IMG/VR virus record: IMGVR_UViG_3300030419_004471
Location: 62,001 to 126,000 of that record
Reading direction: 5' to 3' (one strand)
DNA length: 64,000 nucleotides
Below the pieces are notes generated by a model. That model saw only the letters and a program-made list of their open reading frames with translations. It searched no databases and was not told the origin of the DNA. Below, piece after piece: positions 56,255-64,000 of this stretch (position 1 is its first letter; each line of letters starts with the position of its first letter). The position numbers were made by a program, and so were the translations under genes.

Positions 56255-56741
56255 AAAATCCTGATATTATCATTGTTAACTTATTCTCTAACGAACCATT
56301 TGCTGACATATGAATTGCTTCACTATCCCAAATGTATGCATCACCCTTTTTCCAATTGGTGATTATTTTATCTTCTACCATTATTACTTGTCCGAAAATC
56401 CAATCATTCATACAAACTAATATTCGGTATGCCTTTTCAGTAAATCCTTTATTTTTAATCATATCAAAGGAATCCCTATGTGGAGGTATAATACAACCAG
56501 GTTTCTGCATTTGAAAATTGGCATTAACTTTAACCATAGGGAACTTATCTACATATAAATTTAACCAAGTTGGAAAATCTTCTCCCCAACACTTCATCAT
56601 CTCTGTATTATCACCATAACCCATTGATTTAGCTTTTACAGAATCTTTATCTGAATGCTTATTAATCTTATGACTATGAAATTTGAAATCATTTAGATTA
56701 ATTTCATTATCAAATGGGAAATTTCCTAAAAATTTATACAT
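56241..56741 (-). CDS. 2OG-Fe(II) oxygenase-like (Asp/Asn beta-hydroxylase fold)
   Basis: PGCIIPPHRD, WKKGD, HMSAN, MIISG. Confidence 0.7.
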   Translation of the reverse strand: MYKFLGNFPFDNEINLNDFKFHSHKINKHSDKDSVKAKSMGYGDNTEMMKCWGEDFPTWLNLYVDKFPMVKVNANFQMQKPGCIIPPHRDSFDMIKNKGFTEKAYRILVCMNDWIFGQVIMVEDKIITNWKKGDAYIWDSEAIHMSANGSLENKLTMIISGFYEDN

Positions 56742-57661
56742 TATTTAAATTTACTATCATAATAGTTTAACGTTGGGTCATCCAACATCATATCTCCTAT
56801 TTCATTGGATAAACAAATCCTTCTGAAATCAGTACCTCTATTATACATATCGAATTTTGAAGAATTGGAATTTCCTAAACCAAATATAACAGATTTGGAT
56901 GGTTCTAAATCATACTCATTACATATTAGTTCTTGCCTAACCCTATATTTGTTATAAATGTAATCGCATGGATAGTTATCTATAATATTATTACCAACAT
57001 AACAACCTACAGCTGATACCATACTCATAGAATTAGCTACATCTATTCCATCATCTTCATATTTTCTTTTCATACGAACACCTATTCTAAGTCTTTCACA
57101 GCCATAAAACCCTTTTGTTAGACTAAAAGAAATACCTTCAATACAATTATATCGTAAATCCAATAGTATATTACCAGCCATTATCATATAAGCTGCATCA
57201 ATCCATACTGGAATACCTTTCTTTTCGCATTCGGTAAGTATTAGATGTAATTCTTCTGGTTCATTACCACTATCTGAAAATGGTACTGATATAATCATAC
57301 AATCTCCATTTTGTAAAACACCCTCTTCATAAAAATGATGAGTCATATTGTTTTTTACACACAATTGATGATATAAGAAATCTCCTCTAAGAGTAACTAA
57401 TCGTTTACCACTATGTTTAAAATAAAAATTATCAAATGATTGGGATGTTCCGTGTACATAGGTTAGTTCTTTAAAATCATCTAATCCTATGATATTATTA
57501 AGTTTGGAGGCTTGAATCCAAATCTTAAATTTTTCTAAAAAAAGAGGATGTACTTCTCTTTCATAAAGGTAATCATATGATTCCTTTACCGATTTTTTTA
57601 TAAATGTAAATATATTTTTATCAGGTATTGGTCTACCTGCTTTATGAAGTTCTGTAAACAT
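56741..57661 (-). CDS. PLP-dependent transferase (fold type I)-like
   Basis: HGTSQSF, ISVPFS, VWIDAAY, FSLTKGF...RIG. Confidence 0.7.
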   Translation of the reverse strand: MFTELHKAGRPIPDKNIFTFIKKSVKESYDYLYEREVHPLFLEKFKIWIQASKLNNIIGLDDFKELTYVHGTSQSFDNFYFKHSGKRLVTLRGDFLYHQLCVKNNMTHHFYEEGVLQNGDCMIISVPFSDSGNEPEELHLILTECEKKGIPVWIDAAYMIMAGNILLDLRYNCIEGISFSLTKGFYGCERLRIGVRMKRKYEDDGIDVANSMSMVSAVGCYVGNNIIDNYPCDYIYNKYRVRQELICNEYDLEPSKSVIFGLGNSNSSKFDMYNRGTDFRRICLSNEIGDMMLDDPTLNYYDSKFK

Positions 57662-57822
57662 TAATCGTAATCTTCTGTATATAACTCATCTCCACGCTCT
57701 AATCTATCATATAATTCATCGAGCATATCATATGCCTTTTGAGTAGCTTTCCAATCCTGCTCTTCAATTGCATCTTCTAAAATGGTTGTAATTCTTCCGA
57801 TTTCTTGTGTTAAATCTCCCAT
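57661..57822 (-). CDS. Small acidic protein (53 aa)
   Basis: MGDLTQEIGRITTILEDAIEEQDWK...; TAATG coupling. Confidence 0.6.
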   Translation of the reverse strand: MGDLTQEIGRITTILEDAIEEQDWKATQKAYDMLDELYDRLERGDELYTEDYD

Positions 57823-57863
57823 AGTTTATTTTATTTGGAGATAAATATTAAAAAATGAAAAAA

Positions 57864-58298
57864 TTAGTATTTGTTTTCATCAGCATCTGATATTCCATCA
57901 TTATCAGAATCAGTATCTATATAATTCGGAATACCATCACCATCTACATCACCTGGTGTTGGTGCAATTCCACCAGCTCCAGTTCCTCCACAATAATTAC
58001 AATCTCCAGCAGCTGGTCCAGCTGGTGCTGGGTCATCTACTGCTTGTATTAGTGCTGTATCTGTATCTTGCTTTTGAAACCAAAAATCTATTATCTTACC
58101 ATAGGAAGCAATAAATGCACCCAAAACTAATAATAATATCTCTTTCCATTCTGCACCCATAGCTGCTTCACTAAATAGTGCAACACCTATACCAACCATT
58201 ATCAACATAAATGTTGTTAATACTAGCGATGTTATAACTAACCTATTTCTATTGGTGCTTTTCAATATTTGCAATAATTGCTTATCTGCTTCGTTCAC
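57864..58298 (-). CDS. 2-TM protein with C-terminal TSP3-like Ca-binding repeat
   Basis: DVDGDGIPNYIDTDSDNDGISD; GTG start called after the upstream small ORF. Confidence 0.6.
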   Translation of the reverse strand: MNEADKQLLQILKSTNRNRLVITSLVLTTFMLIMVGIGVALFSEAAMGAEWKEILLLVLGAFIASYGKIIDFWFQKQDTDTALIQAVDDPAPAGPAAGDCNYCGGTGAGGIAPTPGDVDGDGIPNYIDTDSDNDGISDADENKY

Positions 58299-58302
58299 GT
58301 TA

Positions 58303-58449
58303 CTACCTTCCTTGGCCTCTATACTTTTTGACATAATTTTTAGAACCTTTCGAATTTGAGTGATTATTCTTAGAATGAACTCCTGGTCTCTTCTTTTTTG
58401 CACCTTTTAAAAAGGCACCTCCACCAAATGTTCCTCCTCTTCCTGCCAC
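58303..58449 (-). CDS. Small highly basic protein (48 aa)
   Basis: GTG start overlapping TAG; ...KKKRPGVHSKNNHSNSKGSKNYVKKYRGQGR. Confidence 0.6.
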   Translation of the reverse strand: MAGRGGTFGGGAFLKGAKKKRPGVHSKNNHSNSKGSKNYVKKYRGQGR

Positions 58450-59267
58450 TATTTTCTAATGTATCCCGATTTTTTTAATGCTCTAGCGTTTTCTACCCAC
58501 TTAACACCAATTCTATTATAAATCGGTTTTCTAACAAATGCGTTAGCAGCTTTTTGAATACTCTTCGTTACTGGTTTATAAACTGTATTATCTACAACTC
58601 TGAAATTTCCCCCGAACAAACTTTGAAATTTACCTAAGTTATCTTGGCATTCTTTCCAAGACTCTTTAACTATATCATCTGGTATTACTCGTTCTCTCGC
58701 GGCATTTCTTTCTAAAGCTACTTCTAATGAAGTATTTACGAAAACCATATAACAATCGTAACCAAGCTTTTCAGCTTTTATTTTTTGTTTTTTAATCTTA
58801 TTATAATTATCTCCAGTACCATCTATAATCATACCTAATCTACCTGCTTCGTAAAATTTCCTTTGCATAGCAGTTAGTTTTTTTGCTCTATCTCTAATTC
58901 CTCCTGGTACTTTTGTAATTTTATCCCAAAGTTCAGCATCTTCTTTTTCGATTCTTGCTAAATCTTTTGGGTCTATTCCATTTTTCTTTAATCCAGCTTC
59001 AAATGCTGAATCTGAATTAACTGATTTAAGACCTGTTGCTGATACTGAAGAAAGTCCTTTCCCTATACCAAATATTTCATTAGCAGTAAATGATTTACCA
59101 CTACCAGGCCCTCCAGCCATAAAAACACATTTCAATATACCAGGGTCATCAACACCTTCAGTCATAAGACTAAAGACAATAGATTTCTTAATTGACATCA
59201 TGTCTCCCTCGACATCAAATAAGGAATCTTTAATTACCTCTTCTTTGATATATGTTTTTAAACTCAA
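58449..59267 (-). CDS. P-loop kinase, zeta-toxin/AAA_33-like
   Basis: MAGGPGSGKS, VNSD, IIDGTG, VNTSLEVALERN..RER. Confidence 0.75.
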   Translation of the reverse strand: MSLKTYIKEEVIKDSLFDVEGDMMSIKKSIVFSLMTEGVDDPGILKCVFMAGGPGSGKSFTANEIFGIGKGLSSVSATGLKSVNSDSAFEAGLKKNGIDPKDLARIEKEDAELWDKITKVPGGIRDRAKKLTAMQRKFYEAGRLGMIIDGTGDNYNKIKKQKIKAEKLGYDCYMVFVNTSLEVALERNAARERVIPDDIVKESWKECQDNLGKFQSLFGGNFRVVDNTVYKPVTKSIQKAANAFVRKPIYNRIGVKWVENARALKKSGYIRK

Positions 59268-59275
59268 TGTTACTC

Positions 59276-59641
59276 CTACTTTTTACCTTTTCGGTATCCA
59301 CTATGCGTATGACCTGGCTTACCAACTTTAGTAGATTTCTTTTTTGGTTTTCTACCTTTTCTTGGTTTACCCTTTGCAGCTGAACCAACATCTCCGATTT
59401 GGTTTCCTACTTCTTTTACTGCATCCGCAACATCTTTTAGCTCTTCTTTAACTCTTCGAGCTCTTGTTTTAACAGCTTTAACTGTTTTTTTAACTTTCTT
59501 TTTACCTTTATCAACTGTATCCTCAACTTCATCGGGAATATAATCACCGTCTCTGTCATTGATTTTACCAGTTTTGTAAAAATATAGGTAAACTGCAGCT
59601 CCAACCGCAACAATACCTAAAATAATTAAAATTGTATTCAT
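59276..59641 (-). CDS. Membrane-anchored basic coiled-coil protein
   Basis: N-terminal TM, DRDGDYIPD, Lys-rich tail. Confidence 0.55.
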   Translation of the reverse strand: MNTILIILGIVAVGAAVYLYFYKTGKINDRDGDYIPDEVEDTVDKGKKKVKKTVKAVKTRARRVKEELKDVADAVKEVGNQIGDVGSAAKGKPRKGRKPKKKSTKVGKPGHTHSGYRKGKK

Positions 59642-59817
59642 AATTTCCTTTTTTTATTAATTAAATTGATTACTACTATAAATATAAAGATAAAAAATAA
59701 AATTAAATAAACATGTGTTCATCTTTATTTTCTTCATCTTCATATGTTCTCTGAATATCGTTAACTTGTACTCCTAGCATAGTTAACAATCCGAATAATA
59801 TTAGTACTAGCTTTTTT

Positions 59818-60084
59818 CTAATTCTCTCCATATAATGACCACGTTTTAGTTGGTTCAGGTTCTATAACCTTCTCCTCAGTTTTAACAATATAAGTGTAAC
59901 CATCTCTCGCGTCCATATAGAACTGGGTTACTCCTCTTTTTTGATAAATGTACTCTAAAACGTCTGTAAGAGATTCTAATACTAATGTTGGGTTATCTAA
60001 AGGAGACCATCTATCGCCAGGTGGTACTCTTTTTGCAACCGCTTCTTTAACTTCTTCTTTTACTATTTCAGCTTTTTTAGCCAT
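59818..60084 (-). CDS. Hypothetical protein
   Basis: RVPPGDRW motif; TAATG coupling. Confidence 0.6.
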   Translation of the reverse strand: MAKKAEIVKEEVKEAVAKRVPPGDRWSPLDNPTLVLESLTDVLEYIYQKRGVTQFYMDARDGYTYIVKTEEKVIEPEPTKTWSLYGEN

Positions 60085-60290
60085 TACTCAATAACTCTAA
60101 GGATTCTACTTTCCTTGGCTCCAACAACTTTGTAATCGATTGAAACATCTTTAAAATCCTTAACAACTCTAGCTTCTGCTTCTGTTACTGACATTGCATC
60201 AACTAGATAGATTTCTTTTACTTTTTTGTCTTTGCCATTTTTAAGTGTAGCAACCACTACTTCTACTGTAACTTCGAAAAATTTTGCCAT
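60084..60290 (-). CDS. DUF4494-like protein
   Basis: FFEV.V...GK.KKVKE.YLVDA.S.TEAEARV. Confidence 0.7.
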   Translation of the reverse strand: MAKFFEVTVEVVVATLKNGKDKKVKEIYLVDAMSVTEAEARVVKDFKDVSIDYKVVGAKESRILRVIE

Positions 60291-60329
60291 AATTTATTTG
60301 TTTATATTAATATATATGTATGTTTAACA

Positions 60330-60360
60330 CAAAGATACAAAAAAAATTTGAATTATCCAA
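60330..60360 (-). promoter_or_regulatory. Bacteroidota sigmaA-type promoter (copy 13)
   Basis: TTGG-N19-TATCTTTG (perfect TAnnTTTG). Confidence 0.8.
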
Positions 60361-60661
60361 ACTTTTGTCCAAAAAATTCATAATTTTCTTTTACTTTATC
60401 CAACTCACCTGCTTCTATTGCTTCTTCTTCATCTGCATAGATTGCTTTAACTGGACATTCTGGAATACAAGCACCACAATCTATACACTCTGATGGGTCT
60501 ATATAAAGTTGTAATCCTTTAAGTTCCTCTTCAGACATTGATTCAACCTCTTTACCTGCGCCATCTGTTTTAATCGGTCCATGTATACAATTAACTGGAC
60601 AAACCGTAACACAAGCGGTATCACATACACCTTCACATGCTTTACCAATAATGAAACTCAT
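60353..60661 (-). CDS. Dicluster Fe-S ferredoxin
   Basis: CEGVCDTACVTVCPVNCI; CIDCGACIPECP. Confidence 0.92.
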   Translation of the reverse strand: MSFIIGKACEGVCDTACVTVCPVNCIHGPIKTDGAGKEVESMSEEELKGLQLYIDPSECIDCGACIPECPVKAIYADEEEAIEAGELDKVKENYEFFGQKFG

Positions 60662-61225
60662 CTAATATTCGTATTCTTTTTTAGGACCTGTAAGATTTCC
60701 GTTTATTAAAAAGGAACAATTGAAACATAACATTCTTAGATTTTCATATTTATGATTCTTTCTATCACCATCTATAAAATCTAATACCAATGGTACTTTA
60801 CCATCAACAATTCTTTTTTCTTCGAACCCACAAGAATTACATTTCTCTAACATATACCCATTAAGTAGTAATCTACTTTTTAGTTTCCATATAGGATAAT
60901 CAGGATATTTACCAGCTATTAAATCATCTAATGAATATTTTCCTCTCTTTATATTGTATCCTTTACGAATTCCAGTTCCATCAGGATTTTTTAAATCTTC
61001 AAAGATACCATATTTTCTAGCGTATTTTTTGTAGGTATTATAAGATACACCTAATACTCTTGCCGCTTCCATAGCAGAACGAGCTTTCTTTTGTGCATCT
61101 CTAATCTCAGATTCTAATAGAGGTTTAGCCCCTAATCCTCTTTTCATTCTTCTTTGCTTACCTGCTTGAGAAAGGTCTTTGGTTGGGTCAAAGTTTGGAA
61201 AAACTTTGTTTTCTTTATTTTCCAT
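60662..61225 (-). CDS. HTH plus degenerate HNH-like protein
   Basis: AARVLGVSYNTY; CNSCG...LDFIDGD..NH..ENLRMLCFNC. Confidence 0.7.
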   Translation of the reverse strand: MENKENKVFPNFDPTKDLSQAGKQRRMKRGLGAKPLLESEIRDAQKKARSAMEAARVLGVSYNTYKKYARKYGIFEDLKNPDGTGIRKGYNIKRGKYSLDDLIAGKYPDYPIWKLKSRLLLNGYMLEKCNSCGFEEKRIVDGKVPLVLDFIDGDRKNHKYENLRMLCFNCSFLINGNLTGPKKEYEY

Positions 61226-61239
61226 AGTAATGTTCTTTA

Positions 61240-62391
61240 CTATAAGTATACTGTATTATAATTTTCGGAAGAAATATCAAAAGAATCTGTAAAAATAAAT
61301 TTTGCTATATCTACATTCCTCTTTGATTCTAAATTATATTTGTTGATTAATTTCTGATTATTTAATAATCTTTCTTTACATTTTTTATTTATATCATGCC
61401 AATCTAACTTACTTAATCTAAGTAATTCATCTGCTATAACTTTAGCTTTATTCATAACATCCCCATTTATATCATCATAAGAGTGGTCTATGATATCATC
61501 GAACATATCAAATCCTAATTTTCTATAATATTCAACAATACCTTTATAACCAAATATTATTGGAAATTGTAATGAAAGAAAAGAATTTAGTGGTTTTTCT
61601 GTATTAAATTGTTTTTCTCCCTCCGTTTCGGTTACTAAATCAATATAAGCGTTATTAGAAAATTGTGGTTTTAATGCCCACCTAAAATCAGTATCCAAAA
61701 TACTATCTATTTTTATTTCTGGAACTTTGATATCTTCATACTCTCCTTCTTTTGAAGATAGAATCGCCATAGAATCTAATTTATTTTGTAGTATATGATG
61801 TACCATAGATACTCTATGTGGTCTCATACTCCAGTTTAAACATTGGAATAGATAAGGTTTATGTTCTACATATTTAGTACCTAAATAAACAGTATCCCAA
61901 GGGTGATAAGTATTATTATGAGGACTTATAAAAAATAGATTTGGAAACTCTGATTTGAATATTTCCCAATCCTTATATTTTATATTATCATCAGAAGTAT
62001 AGACACCAATTAATTTAATAGTATTATACTTTATATTTCTTCTTGTAAGTTCGTTATCCCATCTTTTAAAATCTTCTTCTCTTCTATGCTCACCCATAAA
62101 ATCTATAACAAATGTATCACATTCTATATCATAAAAAGTTGGATTTTCAGAACTAATCTTATTACCAGTACCAGTACCATCATCTGTCCAGTTTATATTG
62201 GGACTACACATTTCTTCTAATTCATATCCATGCACAAAAAACATATCAAACTTTCTATCTAATGTATCTCTTAATACAGATATTGGATAATTTAATCCAA
62301 TTCCATTATTACTTTTTAGTAGAAGTGAAATTCGGTGTTTATTTAATGTACCTAATTTTAACTCTTTATTTAATTGAGTAGTGTAGGGCAT
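61240..62391 (-). CDS. Glycosyltransferase-like protein with GT10-type E..TEK motif
   Basis: IDLVTETEGEKQFNTEKPLNSFLSLQFPIIFG...GFDMFDDIIDHSYD. Confidence 0.55.
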   Translation of the reverse strand: MPYTTQLNKELKLGTLNKHRISLLLKSNNGIGLNYPISVLRDTLDRKFDMFFVHGYELEEMCSPNINWTDDGTGTGNKISSENPTFYDIECDTFVIDFMGEHRREEDFKRWDNELTRRNIKYNTIKLIGVYTSDDNIKYKDWEIFKSEFPNLFFISPHNNTYHPWDTVYLGTKYVEHKPYLFQCLNWSMRPHRVSMVHHILQNKLDSMAILSSKEGEYEDIKVPEIKIDSILDTDFRWALKPQFSNNAYIDLVTETEGEKQFNTEKPLNSFLSLQFPIIFGYKGIVEYYRKLGFDMFDDIIDHSYDDINGDVMNKAKVIADELLRLSKLDWHDINKKCKERLLNNQKLINKYNLESKRNVDIAKFIFTDSFDISSENYNTVYL

Positions 62392-62862
62392 TTATAATTT
62401 TTCTAATTTGTGTAAGTGATTTATAATTTTAGAAAAAGACATATCGGGAGAATCTTCTGTTGTATCTATATCTATGAAATTTATTTCTGGTGCTTCGTAA
62501 TCTTTAGCTCTAAACTTATATCTTTCTCTCTTCTCTGTAGTATGAAGATATATCTCTACGATATCTGAACTTAATTTATCTTTAAATTCTTCTCTTAGTT
62601 TTCTAAATGGTGCAACTACTGAAACAACAACATCACATCCATTGTTATGAGCAAATTCTGCTATCATCTGAGCATTGCGGATATTGGTTTCTCTACCTTT
62701 ATCTGAATAATCTTTGTTTACCGTTAATTTTCTTAAATCATCTCCGTCAATATGGAAAACATCTCGTCTCCAATTTCTTTTTTCGGTTTTTAAAAATTTG
62801 TATAGTTTATTGCCTAACGTAGTCTTACCACTTGAAGGTTGTCCTGTAAACCAGTATATCAT
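62392..62862 (-). CDS. cysC: Adenylyl-sulfate (APS) kinase
   Basis: WFTGQPSSGKTT, IDGDDLR, R..NI, VVAPF...R, YEAP. Confidence 0.9.
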   Translation of the reverse strand: MIYWFTGQPSSGKTTLGNKLYKFLKTEKRNWRRDVFHIDGDDLRKLTVNKDYSDKGRETNIRNAQMIAEFAHNNGCDVVVSVVAPFRKLREEFKDKLSSDIVEIYLHTTEKRERYKFRAKDYEAPEINFIDIDTTEDSPDMSFSKIINHLHKLEKL

Positions 62863-62873
62863 AGAATTTATTT

Positions 62874-63479
62874 TTAAGTTATATCTTTTGATTCAATTAA
62901 TGTATAAGAAAAAGAATTACCCCAAATACCAGCACCCTTTTTAACTATTTCCATAAAAGAATTAAAATCAGATTCCTTAGAAAATACTTGACAACCAGCT
63001 GACCATTTATCTACTTGTGTAGAACCATTAACTCTTGAACCTGCTTTATGTATATTAATACCAAATATACCTTCGTGTATATTGGATTCTAACAAATCAT
63101 AATTGTCATCTCTATTATTATCTCTATAAACCTTTATTGGTTTAGCTTGTCTTAGTGCTTCATATTTATTTTGATGCAGTCCAATCTTATGTGAACCTCT
63201 ATATTGACCTGGTTTTACAATTGCAACTCCAGCATTACTCATTATATTTTCTGTCCAATAAGAACCAGGGTCTGTTGTACAATCCCAACAATGAAAATTC
63301 CATTTACCATTTAAATCTTTATATGATAAAGTCATTTTATCATCAAACCTATTAGTAACTTTTCCATGCGTTGCTGAATTTCTAACTCCTACGATATTTA
63401 CATCGTATCCTTTGTTACCAGTGAACCACTTATAACCTTTTGATTGAACTGCTTTTTGTATTTGTTGTATTGTGTACAT
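62874..63479 (-). CDS. Putative peptidoglycan-acting enzyme with YkuD (L,D-transpeptidase)-like His/Cys motif
   Basis: TTDPG, GINIH-N14-SAGCQ. Confidence 0.55.
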   Translation of the reverse strand: MYTIQQIQKAVQSKGYKWFTGNKGYDVNIVGVRNSATHGKVTNRFDDKMTLSYKDLNGKWNFHCWDCTTDPGSYWTENIMSNAGVAIVKPGQYRGSHKIGLHQNKYEALRQAKPIKVYRDNNRDDNYDLLESNIHEGIFGINIHKAGSRVNGSTQVDKWSAGCQVFSKESDFNSFMEIVKKGAGIWGNSFSYTLIESKDIT

Positions 63480-63500
63480 ATTCCTTGTATTTAGTTGTTA

Positions 63501-64000
63501 TTAATTTAGTAAATATCCATAAGGAGTTGCTGATATATCTTGTCCTATTGGATAGTATTCCAATTTCATTGATACAGTCATAGTTCTTTGAATGTATGGA
63601 TTAAAGAATTCTCCAGCAGCTTCTAAAGAAATTAAACCACTATGAGATTGACCTGCATCATAAACAATGACTTCATTCCAAACAATATATTCTTGGTCAC
63701 CTGGTATTTCTACTCCAGCATATTTGTTATCTGGATTTTCCCAAGTGTATGTACCAAGATCTAATAGTTCTCCATCATCGTTTGCATCTGAATCTAAACA
63801 ATACAATGCAAAGTGTTGTCTATCTAATCTTGGGTCACCTTCATCTATTTGAAGATACAGAATAAATATCTTTTTAAGTTTTTGGTCTACCCATTTTTCT
63901 CCAGCAAATGTAGTGATAACTGAATATCTTTCACTTGGGTCAAATGTTTCACCATCTAAAGTCATTTCGAATTTAGGTAGAAGTATCTCTTCTTCTTCCT
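63501..64000 (-). CDS. Hypothetical protein, 5'-truncated by the window edge
   Basis: Reading frame stays open upstream of 63965 to position 64000 (EEEEILLPKFE-M). Confidence 0.6.
   Translation of the reverse strand, partial: EEEEILLPKFEMTLDGETFDPSERYSVITTFAGEKWVDQKLKKIFILYLQIDEGDPRLDRQHFALYCLDSDANDDGELLDLGTYTWENPDNKYAGVEIPGDQEYIVWNEVIVYDAGQSHSGLISLEAAGEFFNPYIQRTMTVSMKLEYYPIGQDISATPYGYLLN

Noticed and set aside
58299-58403. N-terminal extension of the 57864 ORF (MQKRRDQ...)
   Set aside because: It overlaps a more convincing coupled 48-aa ORF in another frame; a GTG start at 58298 fits better

Overview
A 64-kb segment of a large, AT-rich lytic bacteriophage genome. It is densely coding, almost entirely on the minus strand, and reads cleanly in the standard bacterial code. 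The host is very probably a Bacteroidota (Flavobacteriia-like) bacterium. Thirteen copies of a TTGG-N19-TAnnTT(T/A/G)N promoter match the Bacteroidota -33/-7 consensus, and several genes (DUF4494, GSII-type glutamine synthetase, transglycosylase, FNR-like oxidoreductase) resemble Bacteroidota families. No capsid, tail, terminase or DNA polymerase genes are recognisable here. The window is an accessory and metabolic region. It carries nucleotide metabolism (thyA, dCMP deaminase, 5'-nucleotidase, HD hydrolase), three tRNAs, Hsp20, peptide deformylase and a MoxR-AAA/VWA pair. It also carries a large dispersed set of sugar-nucleotide, glycosyltransferase-like and tailoring enzymes: 7 SAM methyltransferases, 5 SGNH-like proteins, 3 GT10-motif proteins, a carbamoyltransferase, a sulfotransferase plus APS kinase, and 2 radical SAM enzymes. 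The most striking items are a 789-aa ATP-grasp-like protein followed by three tandem Hint domains, and a promoter- and terminator-bounded ~320-nt non-coding RNA candidate containing a textbook H-type pseudoknot. All protein family calls come from motif recognition by eye; no database searches were run.
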